Origin: Anthoceros angustus
Taxonomy: Eukaryota; Plantae; Anthocerotophyta
Direction of reading: 5' to 3'
NCBI GenBank assembly: GCA_010909165.1
Contig: MU008209.1
Span: 494,423 to 546,687 of the forward strand
DNA: 52,265 nucleotides
Made by a program: the position numbers and the translations under genes. Of the stretch, positions 34,741 through 48,000 are shown piece after piece. Under the pieces are notes generated by a model. The model was not told the origin of the DNA. It did no database searches and was given only the letters and a program-made list of their open reading frames with translations. Position 1 is the first letter of the stretch; every line of letters starts with the position of its first letter.

Positions 34741-37700
34741 TGCAGGAACGAAGAATTTTGGTCACCCAAGACGCGGTGAGAGACCGACGCCAAGGATGAA
34801 TAAGTTGCAGTAGGTAGGTAGGTCGATAGAAATGTAGGAAGATGGTAGGACGTCCGAGGGAGTTCGGACTTAATCGAATCATGCACTGCAGGAGGTTCGA
34901 TCGGGTAGAAAGTATGGGTAGATAGAAGCATATATAGGCATGATAGGTTCCAAAGTTCCTTGGACCATGGGGAGTAGGAATATTCGGGATAGGAAGTTCC
35001 TTGGCCTTCAATTATTTAGGTTCTATATGGCTATATATGCCAAAAAGGGCTAGTTAAGTTGTAGATGGAAAATGGCCAGGAGTTTTGAACCGACATGGCG
35101 CCCATCGTGGAGGAGCGACAGATTTGCATGTACTGCAAACTCGTTAGCTGTGGTTTTGAACGGGCGCCTTTCGAAACCGCAGTCGGCTGAGGGGAGGAAG
35201 TGGAGTTGCGTCAAGAAGGAAGGCAGCAGTGAGCGGGCTGCCGATTGCACAGCAGTCGGAGGGAGCGCGAACCAAGGCGCCGAGGAGCAGGCGAGGCCAT
35301 CGGAGCGAGCTAGCTGGGCATGAGCGATTGCCGAAAGGAGTTCGGAGGGGATCCGGCGGCGAGTGGAGGTGCTCGAGCGGAGGCGATTGTAGAGGCGCCG
35401 AGGTGAGAAGGCTACCGTGACGTCAAAAAGGCGAGCAAGGTGGAGAAGTTGCCGGAGGGGAGATTGAAGGGGCCAAGGCCACCTCTTAGTGGTTGCGTTG
35501 AGGCCGACCCGAGGAGCGGAAGAACTCCCTTGCCGCTTCTCACCCAAACCACCACCTCTTGCTCTCCACTCTCTTAGCCCCGATAGATTACCTCCAATCT
35601 CTCCAATTTTGCTATCCTTGTGTGTGCTGCGTGATGGTAAAGATAGTGAGGACGGGAACGGGGTACTCCCACGGGAGGAAACCTCCGCCGCCACACCGCC
35701 CACAAAGGGAAAAGGTAAGAAACACCCACCCCGAAGTTCGAGTGTAGGCCGCCCAAATTTCACCTCGAGATTTGAGGCGCTCGAGCCACGCCCGAGATGA
35801 AGATGGATTGTTGGGTGGCACTTTGCAGCCCCGCCTTGGTTCGAGTGCGCGACGAATGAGAGTGACCAAGGCGACGCCCGGAGGATGCGACATCAAGTCC
35901 CGGGATGTGGAAGGTACCGTGATACGATTTGATACCGGAAGCCCAAGGGAGGGATCATTCAGCCTCCAAGAATCGATCCCGAGGAGGTTATGAGCATGTT
36001 CCTACGACCAAAGGAGGAAGTATGGTCGCAAGGCAATGGCTGGAGGATCTCTTTGTTCAAGGAGCGGAAGTGGAATTTATTCGCCAAGATATGGCTGACT
36101 AACGTGCGCGGCGAGGAAGACGACTGGAAATTCCCATTTAATGATGATGTATGAGATGTCTCAGGAAGTTGGTGGATTGGGCCACCATTCTCAGATGAAC
36201 AAAGGTTGCACCGAAACCATTTGGTGATGGAGGAGCAAGAATCGCTTTGTCTCTACCTTCCTCGACACCTATATCGAGGGAGGAGGTTCTTACACCGACG
36301 GGAAGAAGCCAAGATAGAAGCTACTCGTGAGGGTAGCGGAAGGAGAGCCATGGCCCCAGAGGATGAAGAGACAGAGAGGCCCCGGCAAGAGACCGCCACG
36401 CCTGAACCAACATGAGGCCTCGTGGATCGTGAACCCAACAAGAGAAAGGGAAGAAGGCTATAGAAGCACCTCCTACGGAGGAAGGAGGAAAGGATACGAG
36501 ACCACCTACCGAGGGTTGAGGATTGGAAGGCCGACAACACCGTGGTGGGGAGGAACCCCTACGGTAGGGACCTGGAGGACGGAGGACCTACGGTAGGAGC
36601 TTTACCTCACCAAGAAGTAGTAACAAGACTTGAGGTGTGACGAGAAGAACGCCGAGGAACGTTGGTGACCTACGCACCAACAGGAGGAGCAGAAGTGTTC
36701 GAGAATGCATCCCACAGAGAGGGTAGTTGCCGAGTCAAGGAAGTGGGCGCAGGATCTATGGACGCCCTAGTGGACCGTGGTCAGAGGTGACCAAGTTCGC
36801 CGAACTCGAGACCTACGAAAGGAGCCGGAGGATGCCGAGAAGAAATTGAGAGGAGCTCAAAACCACCTCCGAGAAGCAACCCGTGCTAGATCCGCCAAAG
36901 AGCGACAGATGACCACCAAGTTGGTGAATGTGGGAAATGATTGACTGTCTTAGGACAGAGGCAAAATCAGCCAAGAGGGTCGAGGAGTTGGAAGCCGGAA
37001 GGAGGCGTAAGAAAGTTGGAAGCTACCTAGCAAGGGTAGGACACATCGAACGCAGAAGGAGGAGGCAAGATCACCTAGCAAGGCCCGGGACCTTGAAGAC
37101 GAGAAGGACCTCCTACGAAGAAGTTAGTTGCCATGGAGCAACGGAAGGAGCATTACAAGGGAAAATACTTGGTGAAGGAACGACAAGGATGGGACAATGT
37201 GACTAAGGGTCACAAAGAGGAGCTTACGAGAACTTTTGGAGCAGAACGAAGAAGGCCGACGACCTTACCCACGCCTATGAAACGGAGGCAAGGAACCGCC
37301 GAAGGAAGTTTTGATGGCCCAACGATCTTTGGAGGGTCTTCGTCATTCGAGGAGCAAAGAGGCGACCGCATAGTGAAACGCATGGCGATGGAAGCCATGG
37401 AGAAAGATAAGGAGATTGGGAGGCTTGCCCGGAGTTGGAGAGAGAGTAGTGGAGAAAGAGGCCGCATTGGTAGGAGTGACAAATCAGCCGGTGGGACGAA
37501 AAGGCCATCCCACTAAGGGTCCGCATCATGGACGACAAAAGAAGGAGAGTGGTAGGGTGGCGACCTACTACAACAACCTCCTCGAAGCGATTGAGGAACG
37601 CCATGGAGGAAGACGCAGACTGCTCGACGCTTGGGAATGGCACGGAGGTCAAACTTTGAGTTGGTACAAGGAAAGCCAGCCGGGCCGGACATAGCCGAGC

Positions 37701-38992
37701 GAGCGAGTCAAGAAGCACCACGGCGACGCCAGAACCTCCCGAGACGGTGGAGCTACTGCGGGAGGAAGAGACCGATGGTAGGATGGTACTACCAAAGTTC
37801 CTACTCGTAGGAACTGCTGAAGAGGAGGAGGTGACCGAAGGAAGGGTACCTCCGGCCCACGAAACCAGTGAGGGAAGGTACCCCATAGCAAGATCCGAAA
37901 TGAGGTAGGAGACGAACTACCAAGAAGACGAGATGAGGGGAGGAACCCATCGAGGATGAACGTAGGAGGAATGGAACCTCCTACCAAGGGAAGACCTACC
38001 ACCGAGGGGGCCGACGAGCTACAGTAGTCTGGAGAAGACTCCCGGAGGTGGGCAAGGCTAAGACCCATCAAGGGGAAGACATTGAAGCGAGGGCTAACAA
38101 AAAGCAGCGAACGAGGGATGTCGTAGGACCTTTTCAAGAGGACGTTTTGTCCCAAGTGGTGCACACCTTGGGAAGTGTGAGTATTTAAGAGTGGCGATAG
38201 ACAGATAGGATATTCGTCAAGGTGAGCGGATCGAGCCGAGGACGAATCGTAAGGGGGGCCGACAAGAGTCCTATTGTTGGACTTGGCAAGTCGCCTAGCA
38301 TTAAACTAGCACGATCGACTCCCCACCTATAAAAGGGAGGGTGGAAGAATGAATAAACACCGACCTTGCTTTGTCATGCATTCTTCGCCTCCGGCGCATC
38401 CCTTTGTGTGTGTGCAGCTGACCGCCCGCCAAGCGACGAAGGGTGGGGTTCTCGGAGGCCCTCGGTGGGTTCGCCAACGCAGCTCCTCCTCTCGTGAAAG
38501 ATTGTTGTTGGATGCATGTGTTTGTTGGTGGCCTCGCAGGTGATCGGCGCCGACCACGCTCGCGTCGCATACGCAATCGCCCGAGAGAAATACCCAGAAG
38601 TCACGCAGTAAGGGAGGAAACCGCGAACGCTATAGTAGAGTTAGATTTGGGGATCGAATGAAGTGAGTCTGTATGGTGGTCCGTGAGCTATGTTTCTTTG
38701 AGAATGGTGAAGAGGTTATGGGTGTTGTAGAGTGAATTGATCGCTGTAGTTGGCAGGAGAGTGTTGAGGTGGAGGGAATCCTCGAAGGCGTGGAGCGCGT
38801 GGGGCCGATAACCCAAACGCATAACACCGCTTGTTGCCCACACCGAGGACAAGTAGACCGGAATGACGAGAGTGAGAGTGAGAGGAACGACGCAAACAAT
38901 CCGAACCAAATCTCTTGGGATCGAACCCACGATTCAACGACTGGGATAAGTGTGGCCACCGAGGCCTGGGTGACCGAGGCAAACCTACCACA
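34741..38992 (+). repeat. Element C 5' LTR (4252 bp)
   Basis: TGCAGGAACGAAGAATTTTGG...AAACCTACCACA; collinear with 45074-49331; TATAAAA 38328-38334, AATAAA 38352-38357. Confidence 0.93.
35630..38000 (+). pseudogene. Accessory ORF remnant inside the element C 5' LTR
   Basis: Sense-strand peptides PPRIDPEEVMSMFLRPKEEVWSQGNGWRISLFKERKWNLFAKIW and ..DWATI.., then charged coiled-coil-like segments; repeated at ~45945-48300. Confidence 0.55.
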
Positions 38993-38996
38993 TTTT

Positions 38997-39012
38997 TGGC
39001 GCTGCCGGACGG
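38997..39012 (+). promoter_or_regulatory. Element C primer-binding site (TGGCGC-type, Athila-like)
   Basis: TGGCGCTGCCGGACGG lies 4 nt after the LTR CA terminus and resembles TGGCGCCGTTGCCGGGG with deletions. Confidence 0.7.
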
Positions 39013-39559
39013 CTGCTTGAGGATTGTGTGTGAGTGAATGATAGAGGGAGTAAACGGACATTGCGAAGTCGTCATCCCCTTTCAACTCGTGGAAAGGGCG
39101 CGAAGGGATGAGTATCGACGGATAGAGGCAATCCCGGAGAGCCGAGCCATCGCGGCTAGAGTGGAGGTAAGCGAAGCTGAAGCTCGCACGAGGAAGAAAG
39201 TACGTACAACGATCGCCACCACGCTTGTCTCGATTGTTTTGCGTGGAGAAAGGTCCGACAGCGCCCTACCCACGGACGGGAGCCGTGTGGTACTTTGGAA
39301 CATCAAGAAGACAGAGGAACCGAACGGAGGCCGAGCTCATTTCTTTGCGAACCTTCGAGATCACCGTGGAGTTAGTATCACCCACGAACGGTGTGAAGGA
39401 CTCGAGGGGGGGTGGTCCGCCGCTACCACCGTCCGAACGCACTGCATCCTCTCGACATCGACACCTTAGAAGATTTTTCGACTCAGCCCGAAGAAAACGC
39501 CTTGTTTGACAGATCATCTCCTGAGGGGAGTCAACGAGCGACACGCTGAGTTACCGAGA

Positions 39560-41000
39560 GGCTCGGAGGCAGCATACGGGCGGCGCGCGCGTTGATCGCA
39601 GGAGCAAAGGATTGGGACACTTACAATCGACAATATCTCGATCATTTGGCTCGACAGCGGAAGTTGCGCGGGCGAGGCCGGCGAGAGAAGAAGCAAGAAT
39701 TGTGGGAGCCGAGCGAAGACACAATCAAGTCCACAACCCACGAGCAAGAGCCCGAGTTTCACTTACGGTGTGACGACCCGGTTCTGACAAGATCGACACC
39801 TTTGCCCATAGCCATGAGCGGAGCGGAGGAGCGACGAGGAGCAAGCCCCATCACCCACACAAGGCAGCCATATCCCAAATTTGGATCCAAGAAGGAGGAC
39901 ATCGATGCCGAAAGTTTTGTAAAACTTTTCAATCCATTTCGAGGGCTAACATCGAGGATTCCTCGACGATCGGGTAATGGATTTTCCAGATCGCAGGGAC
40001 CGCGCAATGGTATGCCGAAGTTCTCTACCCCACCCACCGGTTGGCATGAGCTGATTTCCTTATTCGCTGTGGGTTTGAGCCACACTACCCATGTGTTAAC
40101 AAAACTGTGACTCAAGCGAAGAAGAAAGAATCCTTGCTCGATTATGTGGAACGGTTTTAGCTCGGAGAAGATACCTAGAGTGGACAACACGGGAGGAGAA
40201 TCACAAGCGTATTCGGAAGAACAAGCGTTGGATTGGTTCGTCTGTGGACTACCACGAAGATGGAGATTCACGCAGGGCAATGATACCTTGAGGAAGGCAT
40301 TCGCAGCCAAGCATGGGAGGCCGCCCACGGGAGGAGAAGACGGAAGAAAAGAGGAAGAAAGGAAGAGACATCGCCTTCAAGTTCGTAAGAATCGACAAGA
40401 CACTCAACCATCATCATCAAGAGAATTCAACATCCGGGATGATGATAGCGAATCGGAAGAAGCACATCATAAGCGAGTGAAAAAGACTTGGAACATTTGT
40501 CAAGAAGAAGGAGAGAGACAAGAGAAACGCCACGAAGGTTTCGAGAAGGGAAAAGGGAACGAATGGAAGGTCGTCCACCAAGACACAATTTGGAAGATGA
40601 AACGGCGTGACATCGAGATCAAATTAGTCAAGAATCGACTCGCCGACGATCTCCTTCCCTACCCGGCAGCAAGTCTTTGTAGCAATCATCAGGCCATACA
40701 CGCAGAATGCTGCCTCAAGACACGATGGGTCAATGTGGAGTACGATCTAGACCCATACTATTCGTGAGAGGAGGTATATGATGCGCGATGGAGCTCGACC
40801 GCCTCAATCCATGAGAGCCACCTATCAACCATCACCCAAAGTGGGATGAGGTATGGTCCAAGGCAAGCAATCGAATCAATGGCGACCGGAATCCTCTCAA
40901 CGACCCCAGAGTGTACCGTCGGCCATTGTTACAACTGTGGCGCCTGATCATTATGCGAATGCATGTCCGTAACCAAGGCGACAGATTGGGTACACCTTCT
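39560..41000 (+). pseudogene. gag: Element C gag with CCHC knuckle
   Basis: QPYPKFGSKKEDIDAESFVKLF, QALDWFVCGLP; CYNCGA-(fs)-PDHYANACP at 40927-40967. Confidence 0.8.
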
Positions 41001-41649
41001 CACAGTCTGGCGCCAGGACATAGGGAGATGCAAGATGCCCAAGGCCATTCTCGCCACTGTGGTACGATTCGCTAACCCAAGGTGACAGAGGAGATTCCAC
41101 CAAACCCAGACAGCCTCGCCCACCGGTATTGCAGGAAGTAGAAGACGGCGAACGTTGGGGAGAGGAGCAAGAAGGCGAATGAAGTGGAAGTGGACTCGCA
41201 TATCTCCGAGAGAAGACGAGTTGGCCGCCACTCCCCAAGACGGAAGGAGGGACACACCGACAAGGGGAATGCTGAAATTGGAAGTTCGGCGAGATGGAAT
41301 CCGGAAAAGAAGAATGCCGAGGAAGTGACATCGAGAGATGAAGAACGCCCGAGACCGGGGCCGAGGGAGGGCGGTCCAAAGGCTTCAATTGCACCGACAT
41401 CACCAGAGGTGGCGGCATGCTCGATGCCGAATTACGGAAACTCACTCAAGAAAGGAAGAAACATGCACCCCGTAAACCATGGGTCAGGGAGTGATGACAA
41501 AAGATGGAGGGTTACAGAAGAAGTAAGGCCGAGGAAAAGAAGACCCTCTCACCGAGAAAGTCACCGCAGACTCTGGATCAAGAATTCCTTGTGACATTTC
41601 GACAACTCTTGTCCGACAACCCCAAGTATCGACGATGATGCGAAGCGGC

Positions 41650-44600
41650 GAAAGGGACTCATGTAAAACCGTAAACGACCACGGATGTACGAGTTGTGGA
41701 ACTCATGGATTTGGGTGCGAAATATCGGTCAAGTGAACGGATGCTTGATAAGGCGGTACCATCGACTCGGTTGGGGTTAACTGATGATGGAAGAACGCCA
41801 GCAAACTAGGATACACCAAGTTCGAGAGGACACGCACCATTCCGAATGGCGGATCGACGGGCCATGGGGGTACTTCGCGATACCCACTAACATTGGAGGC
41901 ATTGTTTTCCTTTGACTTATGTGGTCATGCGACCAGTCACGGGTATCAAGTGTTGATAGGGAGGCCATGGCTATACGGCAGAGCCTTGATTGGGGAAGAA
42001 GGAACAGGATCGCTCAAGGGCATGCTGGCTCATGCCGTGAGTCGGAGCAAGGAAACCTATGAAGGGAAACTAATCACCGAGGAGTACACCCGAGGTTGGG
42101 GAGGAGAGAGGAAAATTTCGATCGATGATCAAACGTATTGTCCGTCAAGCTTGTTGACGGCTTCCAAGTCGAGATAGAAGAAGAATCGAGTACAATGGAG
42201 AAGGGACGAGAACGCATCCTTGGATAAGGAAAGCCGACAATGAAGATTTTCCGGATGAAGGAACGGGCCACTCAGGAAGTTGTCCGGACGGACCAAAGGG
42301 ATCCAAGCCTTAGAGGAAATGGAGCTGGCCTCGGAAGAAAGTCATGGTATGCGTGCATCCGAACAAAGAGAAGAAACAACTCCATCACCGTTGTTGGAAT
42401 ACATAGATTGTTTCGCTCAAGGTAACCGATGACCAGATACGGAGTTGGGAGTGCACCGAATCGACTTGAAGGAAGGAGCGACTCCGTGAGGATCAAGATC
42501 GACTCAATCCAAAGTATTCTCTAGTGGTGAAGGAGCAATTGGATCAAGATCCGGAGGCGGAGTAATCTATCCTGTACAAGCGAATGGGTGGCACCGATTG
42601 TGATTGTGCCTAAGCAACAGGGAAAGTTCGGGTCCGTTGATTTCGTGAAGTTGAATGAGGCAACTAAGAAAGACCATCACCCTTGCCGCTTATGGATAGT
42701 GTATTGGACACGGTCGCAGGCATGAGATGTGCTTAGACGGGTATTCGTGATACAATCGATCACTCGAGAAAGGAAGATCAGACAAAACAACGCTTACCAT
42801 CGATTGGGGACGTTTGCATATGCCAAATTACCCTTTGGTCTTTGCAATGCCCCCCACCTTCGAGAGTAGTGAATACCATTTTCCGAGAGTACCGAGGAAA
42901 TTCATGGAAGTATTTCGGATGACTTTTGTGTGTTTGGGAAGAGAAGCACTTGGGACATCTTCAGGTTTATGTATGTAGAGAAACCAATTTGAAGTTGCAC
43001 CCAGCAAATGTTATTTCGAATGACAAGGAACTGCACATCGTGTTTCAAGCGAGGTTTGAGGTGGATAAGGAAAAGGTCGAGTCATCAGAGATGGATGCTC
43101 CCAAAGGCAAGTTCGAGCCTTCATCGCTTGGGATACTACAGAGATTCATCATTGATTTTGCAAAGAAGGCGCACCTCTCACTCAAGAAAGATGTTCCTTT
43201 TGACCGACGCGGGAAGCGTTCCTAAGTTTGAAAAGAGCTTGGCGGGCACCAAGATTGCAACCCCCAACCGGGAAGAACCTTTTCATGTCTTTGTGGATGT
43301 ATCTTATGCCATAGGGGCCATCCCGAGTCAACGTGATGGAAAGAAGCATAGGCCGATCTTCTATGTGACGCCAACTTTCGGATGCGTAACGGAACTACTC
43401 CACGATCGAAAGAGAAGCTCTTGGCATCATCTATTCCTCGCAAGAAATTTCGACACTATCCGCCGGCTTGCAAAGTTGTGTTCCATGTGGACCATTTCGC
43501 ATCAAGTACTTGGTAAACAAACCCGATCTATCCGGACGAATCGCGATGGATACATTGCAGAATTCGATTATGAGGTGGAAACACGGGAAGCAACATGTGA
43601 ACGCCGACTTCATTTCGACTACGAATGAAGGGAAGGCCACCACCGAACGATAAGTTCCCGGATGAGGAGTTGGTAGCCGGAAAGCATGATCGAAAGACGG
43701 CAGAGGCACCGCAGAAGGACGGATCGAGAAAACGGCGGAGCGGGACTCCTCCGGATATCGCGAGCAAATCGAGAACCGGAGGGGACGCCACAGACCAAGG
43801 ACTACGCAACCCGCGACGTAAACCCGACCGTAAGGAGCAGGGAGGGGCGGCGTGTCCACGACACTTCATCAACGCCGAGGTCGGAGGTATTTAGAGCATG
43901 GGGAGTTGCCGGTGGATTTATCAAAGGAAGGAGTTGTTCATACATGTATGCACCATATTGCATCGCAAGGGAGTATTGTACAAATTAAATGGAGGTGATT
44001 CAAGATGTTTGAGGGGAATGAGAAAGCCATGGTGATAGAAGCCTTGCACACGAGGGAAGCAGGAGGACACTATTCCGCCACAATCACAACAAAGAAGATT
44101 CTAACCAGGGTTTTGGTGGGATACAATGTATCGAGATGTATGGTTATTCATCGAGTTGTGATGCTTGTCACGAACGGGAGGCCCAGACGACCCAAAGGGC
44201 CTCTAACGACATCCTACCACCGCACCTTTTGAAAATGGGGAATTGATTTTGTGGGACCTATTCGACCACCAGTCGGACCAAAGACAAGATTTGTACACAG
44301 ACATCGCACAAAATGGTAGAGGCGACAGGAAGGATGATGCGCCCACCCGCCAAGTTTTTGTTTGAACGGATTATCACAAGGTATGGATGCCCACCGGAAC
44401 TTGTTAGCGATCGAGGGACGATTTCAACAAAGATAATCGAGTCTGATCGCCTATTTCAACATTCGACAGTGAAGACTACGCCTTACAACCCGAAAGCCAA
44501 CGGACTCACGGAGAAGACAAATGGGTTACTATGCAACATTTTGATAAAGTGAGCCTCCCATATGTATGATCGGGATACCAAGCTACACCGTGCTATGGGC

Positions 44601-44830
44601 TTTCAGGATCATGGAGAAGGTGACCACAAGAAGACATCAGATTATCTCGACATACGGATGTCACCCGTAATGCCACCGAATTTGAGGTACCAACGATAGA
44701 ATTATGGAAGATGAGCGAATGACGGTGGAAGATAGTGAACAAGCCAGTTGGAAGAATTTAAGGCATGAGGAAACGGACGATGCCTTAGAGGAGACACAAT
44801 GAGTAGTGAAGGAGGAAGGAGAGGCACGAT
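41650..44830 (+). pseudogene. pol: Element C pol (protease, RT, RNase H, integrase)
   Basis: WVAPIVIVPK, KLNEATKKDHHP, LPFGLCNAP, DDFCVFG, PFHVFVD, KYLVNKPDLSGRIA, EAGGHYSATITTKKIL, WGIDFVGPI, RYGCPPELVSDRG, TPYNPKANGLTEKTNG. Confidence 0.93.
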
Positions 44831-45058
44831 GGGAGCTTCACTTCGTGACGTAGTAGCGGGAGACTTGGTGCCTTTTTACGATAGTAGGTATTTAGATTTT
44901 CCGGAAGCTACGCCCGAGATGGATGGGGCCTATGCGGTTGTGTACTATGAAAATGGGTCAAGGCTTGGAAAGTTTACTGGGGAACTACTTCCTACCGTGA
45001 GTGAATGGGTGGAAGATCAAGAAGTACTTACACTCGAGGATGTTTGCGAGGCAAACAA

Positions 45059-45072
45059 ATGGGGAGAGGAGC
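45059..45072 (+). promoter_or_regulatory. Element C polypurine tract
   Basis: GGGGAGAGGAG immediately upstream of the 3' LTR TG at 45074. Confidence 0.8.
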
Positions 45073-45073
45073 A

Positions 45074-48000
45074 TGTGGAACGAAGAATTTTGGTCACCCA
45101 AGACGCGGGAGAGACGACGCCAAGGATGAATAGTGGGTTCGTGCAGGTAGTAGGTAGGTCGATAGTGTAGGAAGATGGTAGGACGTCCAGGGGAGTTCGG
45201 ACTTAATCAATCGGGCACTGTGAGGAGGTCTCGACCGGTAGAAAGTATGGGTAGATAGAAGCATATATAGGCATGATAGGTTCAAAGTTCCTTGGACCAT
45301 GGGGAGTAGGAATATTCGGGATAGGAAGTTCCTTGGCCTTCAATTATTTAGGTTCGCATGGCTATATATGCCAAAAGGGCTAGTTAAGTTGTAGATGGAA
45401 AATGGCTGGAGTTTTGAACCGACACGTGGCGCCCATCGTGAGGAGCATATTAAGGCGATTTGCATGTACCGCAAACTCGTTAGCTGTGGTTTTGAACGGG
45501 CGCTTCAGCGAACCGCAGTCGGCCGAGGGAGTAAGTGGAGTTGCGCTCAAGAAGGAAGGCGGTGCGCGGGCGCAGCCGAGGTGGGAGCGAACCAAGGCGC
45601 CGAGGAGCGCGAGGCGGTCATCGAGCGGAGCTAGCGGGCATGAGCGAGGCCGGAAAGGAGTTCGAGGGGATCCGCAAGGCGAGTGGAGGTGCTCGAGCGG
45701 AGGCGATGTGAGAGGCGCCGAGGTGAGCATGGCTACCACGCCAAAAAGGCGAGCAAGGTGGAGAAGCCGGAGGGGAGATTGAAGGGGCCAAGGCCACCTC
45801 TTAGTGGTTGCGTTGAGGCCGACTGCCGAGGAGCGGAAGAACTCCCTTGCTGTCTCACCCAAACCACCACCTCTTTGCTCACTCTCTTAGCCCGATAGAT
45901 TACTCCAATCTCTCCAATTTTGCTATCCTTGTGTGTGCTCCTGCGATGGTAAAGATAGTGAGGACGGGAACGGGGTACTCCCACGGGAGGAAACCTCCGC
46001 CACACACCGCCCACAAAGGGAAAAGGTAAGAAACACCCACCCCGAGTTCGAGTGTAGGCCGCCCAAATTTCACCTCGAGATTTGAGGCGAGCTACCGAGA
46101 TGAAGATGGAATGGTCAGTACTTGGTACCGGTGGCACTTCGGCCCCGCCTTGGTCTGTGGAGTGTGCGCGACGAATGAGAGTGACCAAGGCGGACGCCCC
46201 GAGGATGCGACACCAAGTCATCCCGGGATGTGGAAGGTACGGCATTTCCGTGGATACGATTTGATACCGGAAGCCCACAAGGGAGGGATCATTCCGGCCT
46301 GGCCTCCAAGAATCGATCCCGAGGAGGTTATGAGTATGTTCCTACGACCAAAGGAGGAAGTATGGTCGCAAGGCAATGGCTGGAGGATCTCTTTGTTCAA
46401 GGAGCGGAAGTGGAATTTATTCGCCAAGATATGGGACTAACGGCGCGAGGAAGACGACTGGAAATTCCCATTTAATGATGATGTATGAGATGTCTGGGTT
46501 GGTGGATTGGGCCACCATTCATGAACAAAGGTTGCGCACAAAACCATTTGGTGATGGAGGGAGCAAGAATCGCTTTGTCTCTACCTTCCTCGTAGACACC
46601 TATATCGAGGGAGGAGGTTCTTACACCGACGAGTGGAAGAAGCCAAGATAGAAGCTACTCGGTGAGGGTAGGGAAGGAGCCATCACCGGCCCCAGAGGAT
46701 GAAGAGACAGATGAGGCCCCGGGCAAGAGACCGCCACCCGCGAACCAACATGAGGCCTCGTGATCGTGAACCCAACAAGAGAAAGGGAAGAAGGCTAGAA
46801 GCACCTCCTACGGAGGAAGGAGGAAAGGATACGAGACCACCTACCGAGGGTTGAGGATTGGAAGGCCGACAACACCGGTGGTAGGGAGTGAACCCTGTAG
46901 GGACCTGTGAGGACGGAGGACCTACGGTAGGAGCTTTACCTCCCACCAAGAAGTAGTAACAAGACTTGAGGTGTGACGGAGAAGAACGCCGAGGAACGTT
47001 GGTGACCTACGCACCAACAGGAGGAGCAGAGAAGTGTTTGAGACCCGGCATCCTGAGGGTAGTCCGATGAAGGAAGTGGGCGCAGGATCTATGGACGCCC
47101 TAGTGGACCGTGTGGGAGGTGACCAAGTTCGTTGAACTTCGAGACCTACGAAAGGAGCCGGAGGATGAGAAGAAATTGAGAGGAGCTCAAAAACCACCTC
47201 GAGAAGCAACACTCCGTGCTAGATCCGCCAAAGAGCGACAGGATGACCACCAAGTTGGTGAATGTGTGGAAATGATTGACCGTCTTAGGACAGAGGCAAA
47301 ATCAGCCAAGAGGGCTGAGGAGTTGCCGGAAGGAGGCGTATGAAAGGAAGCTACCCTAGCAAGGGTAGGACACATCGCAGCAAGGAGGAGGCAGATTCTA
47401 CTAGCAAGGCGTGACCTTGAAGACGAGAAGGACCTCCTAAAGAAGTTAGTTGCCATGGAGCAACGGAAGGAGCATTACAAGGGAAAATACGACCTTGGTG
47501 AAGGAACGACAAGGATGGGACAATGTGACTAAGGGTCACAAAGAGGAGCTCAGACACGAGAGAACTTTTGGAGCAGAACGAAGAAGGCCGACGACCTTAC
47601 CCACGCCTATGAAACGGAGGCAAGGAACCCGGAAGGAGGTTTTGATGGCCCAACGATCTTTGGAGGGTCTTGGTCATTCGAGGAGCAAAGCGAGAGCGAT
47701 CACGCTTAGTGAAACGCATATGGCGATGGAAGCCATGGAGAAAGATAAGGAGATTGGGAGGCTTGCCCGGAGTTGGAGAGAGCGGTAGTGGAGAAAGAGG
47801 CATTGGTAGGAGTGACAAATCGCCGGGTGGGACGAAAAGGCCATCATCCCACTAAGGGTCCGCATCATGGACGACAAAAGAAGGAGAGTGGTAGGGTGGC
47901 GACCTACTACAACAACCTCCTAGAAGCGATTGAGGAACGCTACTGAGGAAGAAAGAAATGACCTCACCGCTCGACGCCAGTGGAATAGGCCGAAAACTTT

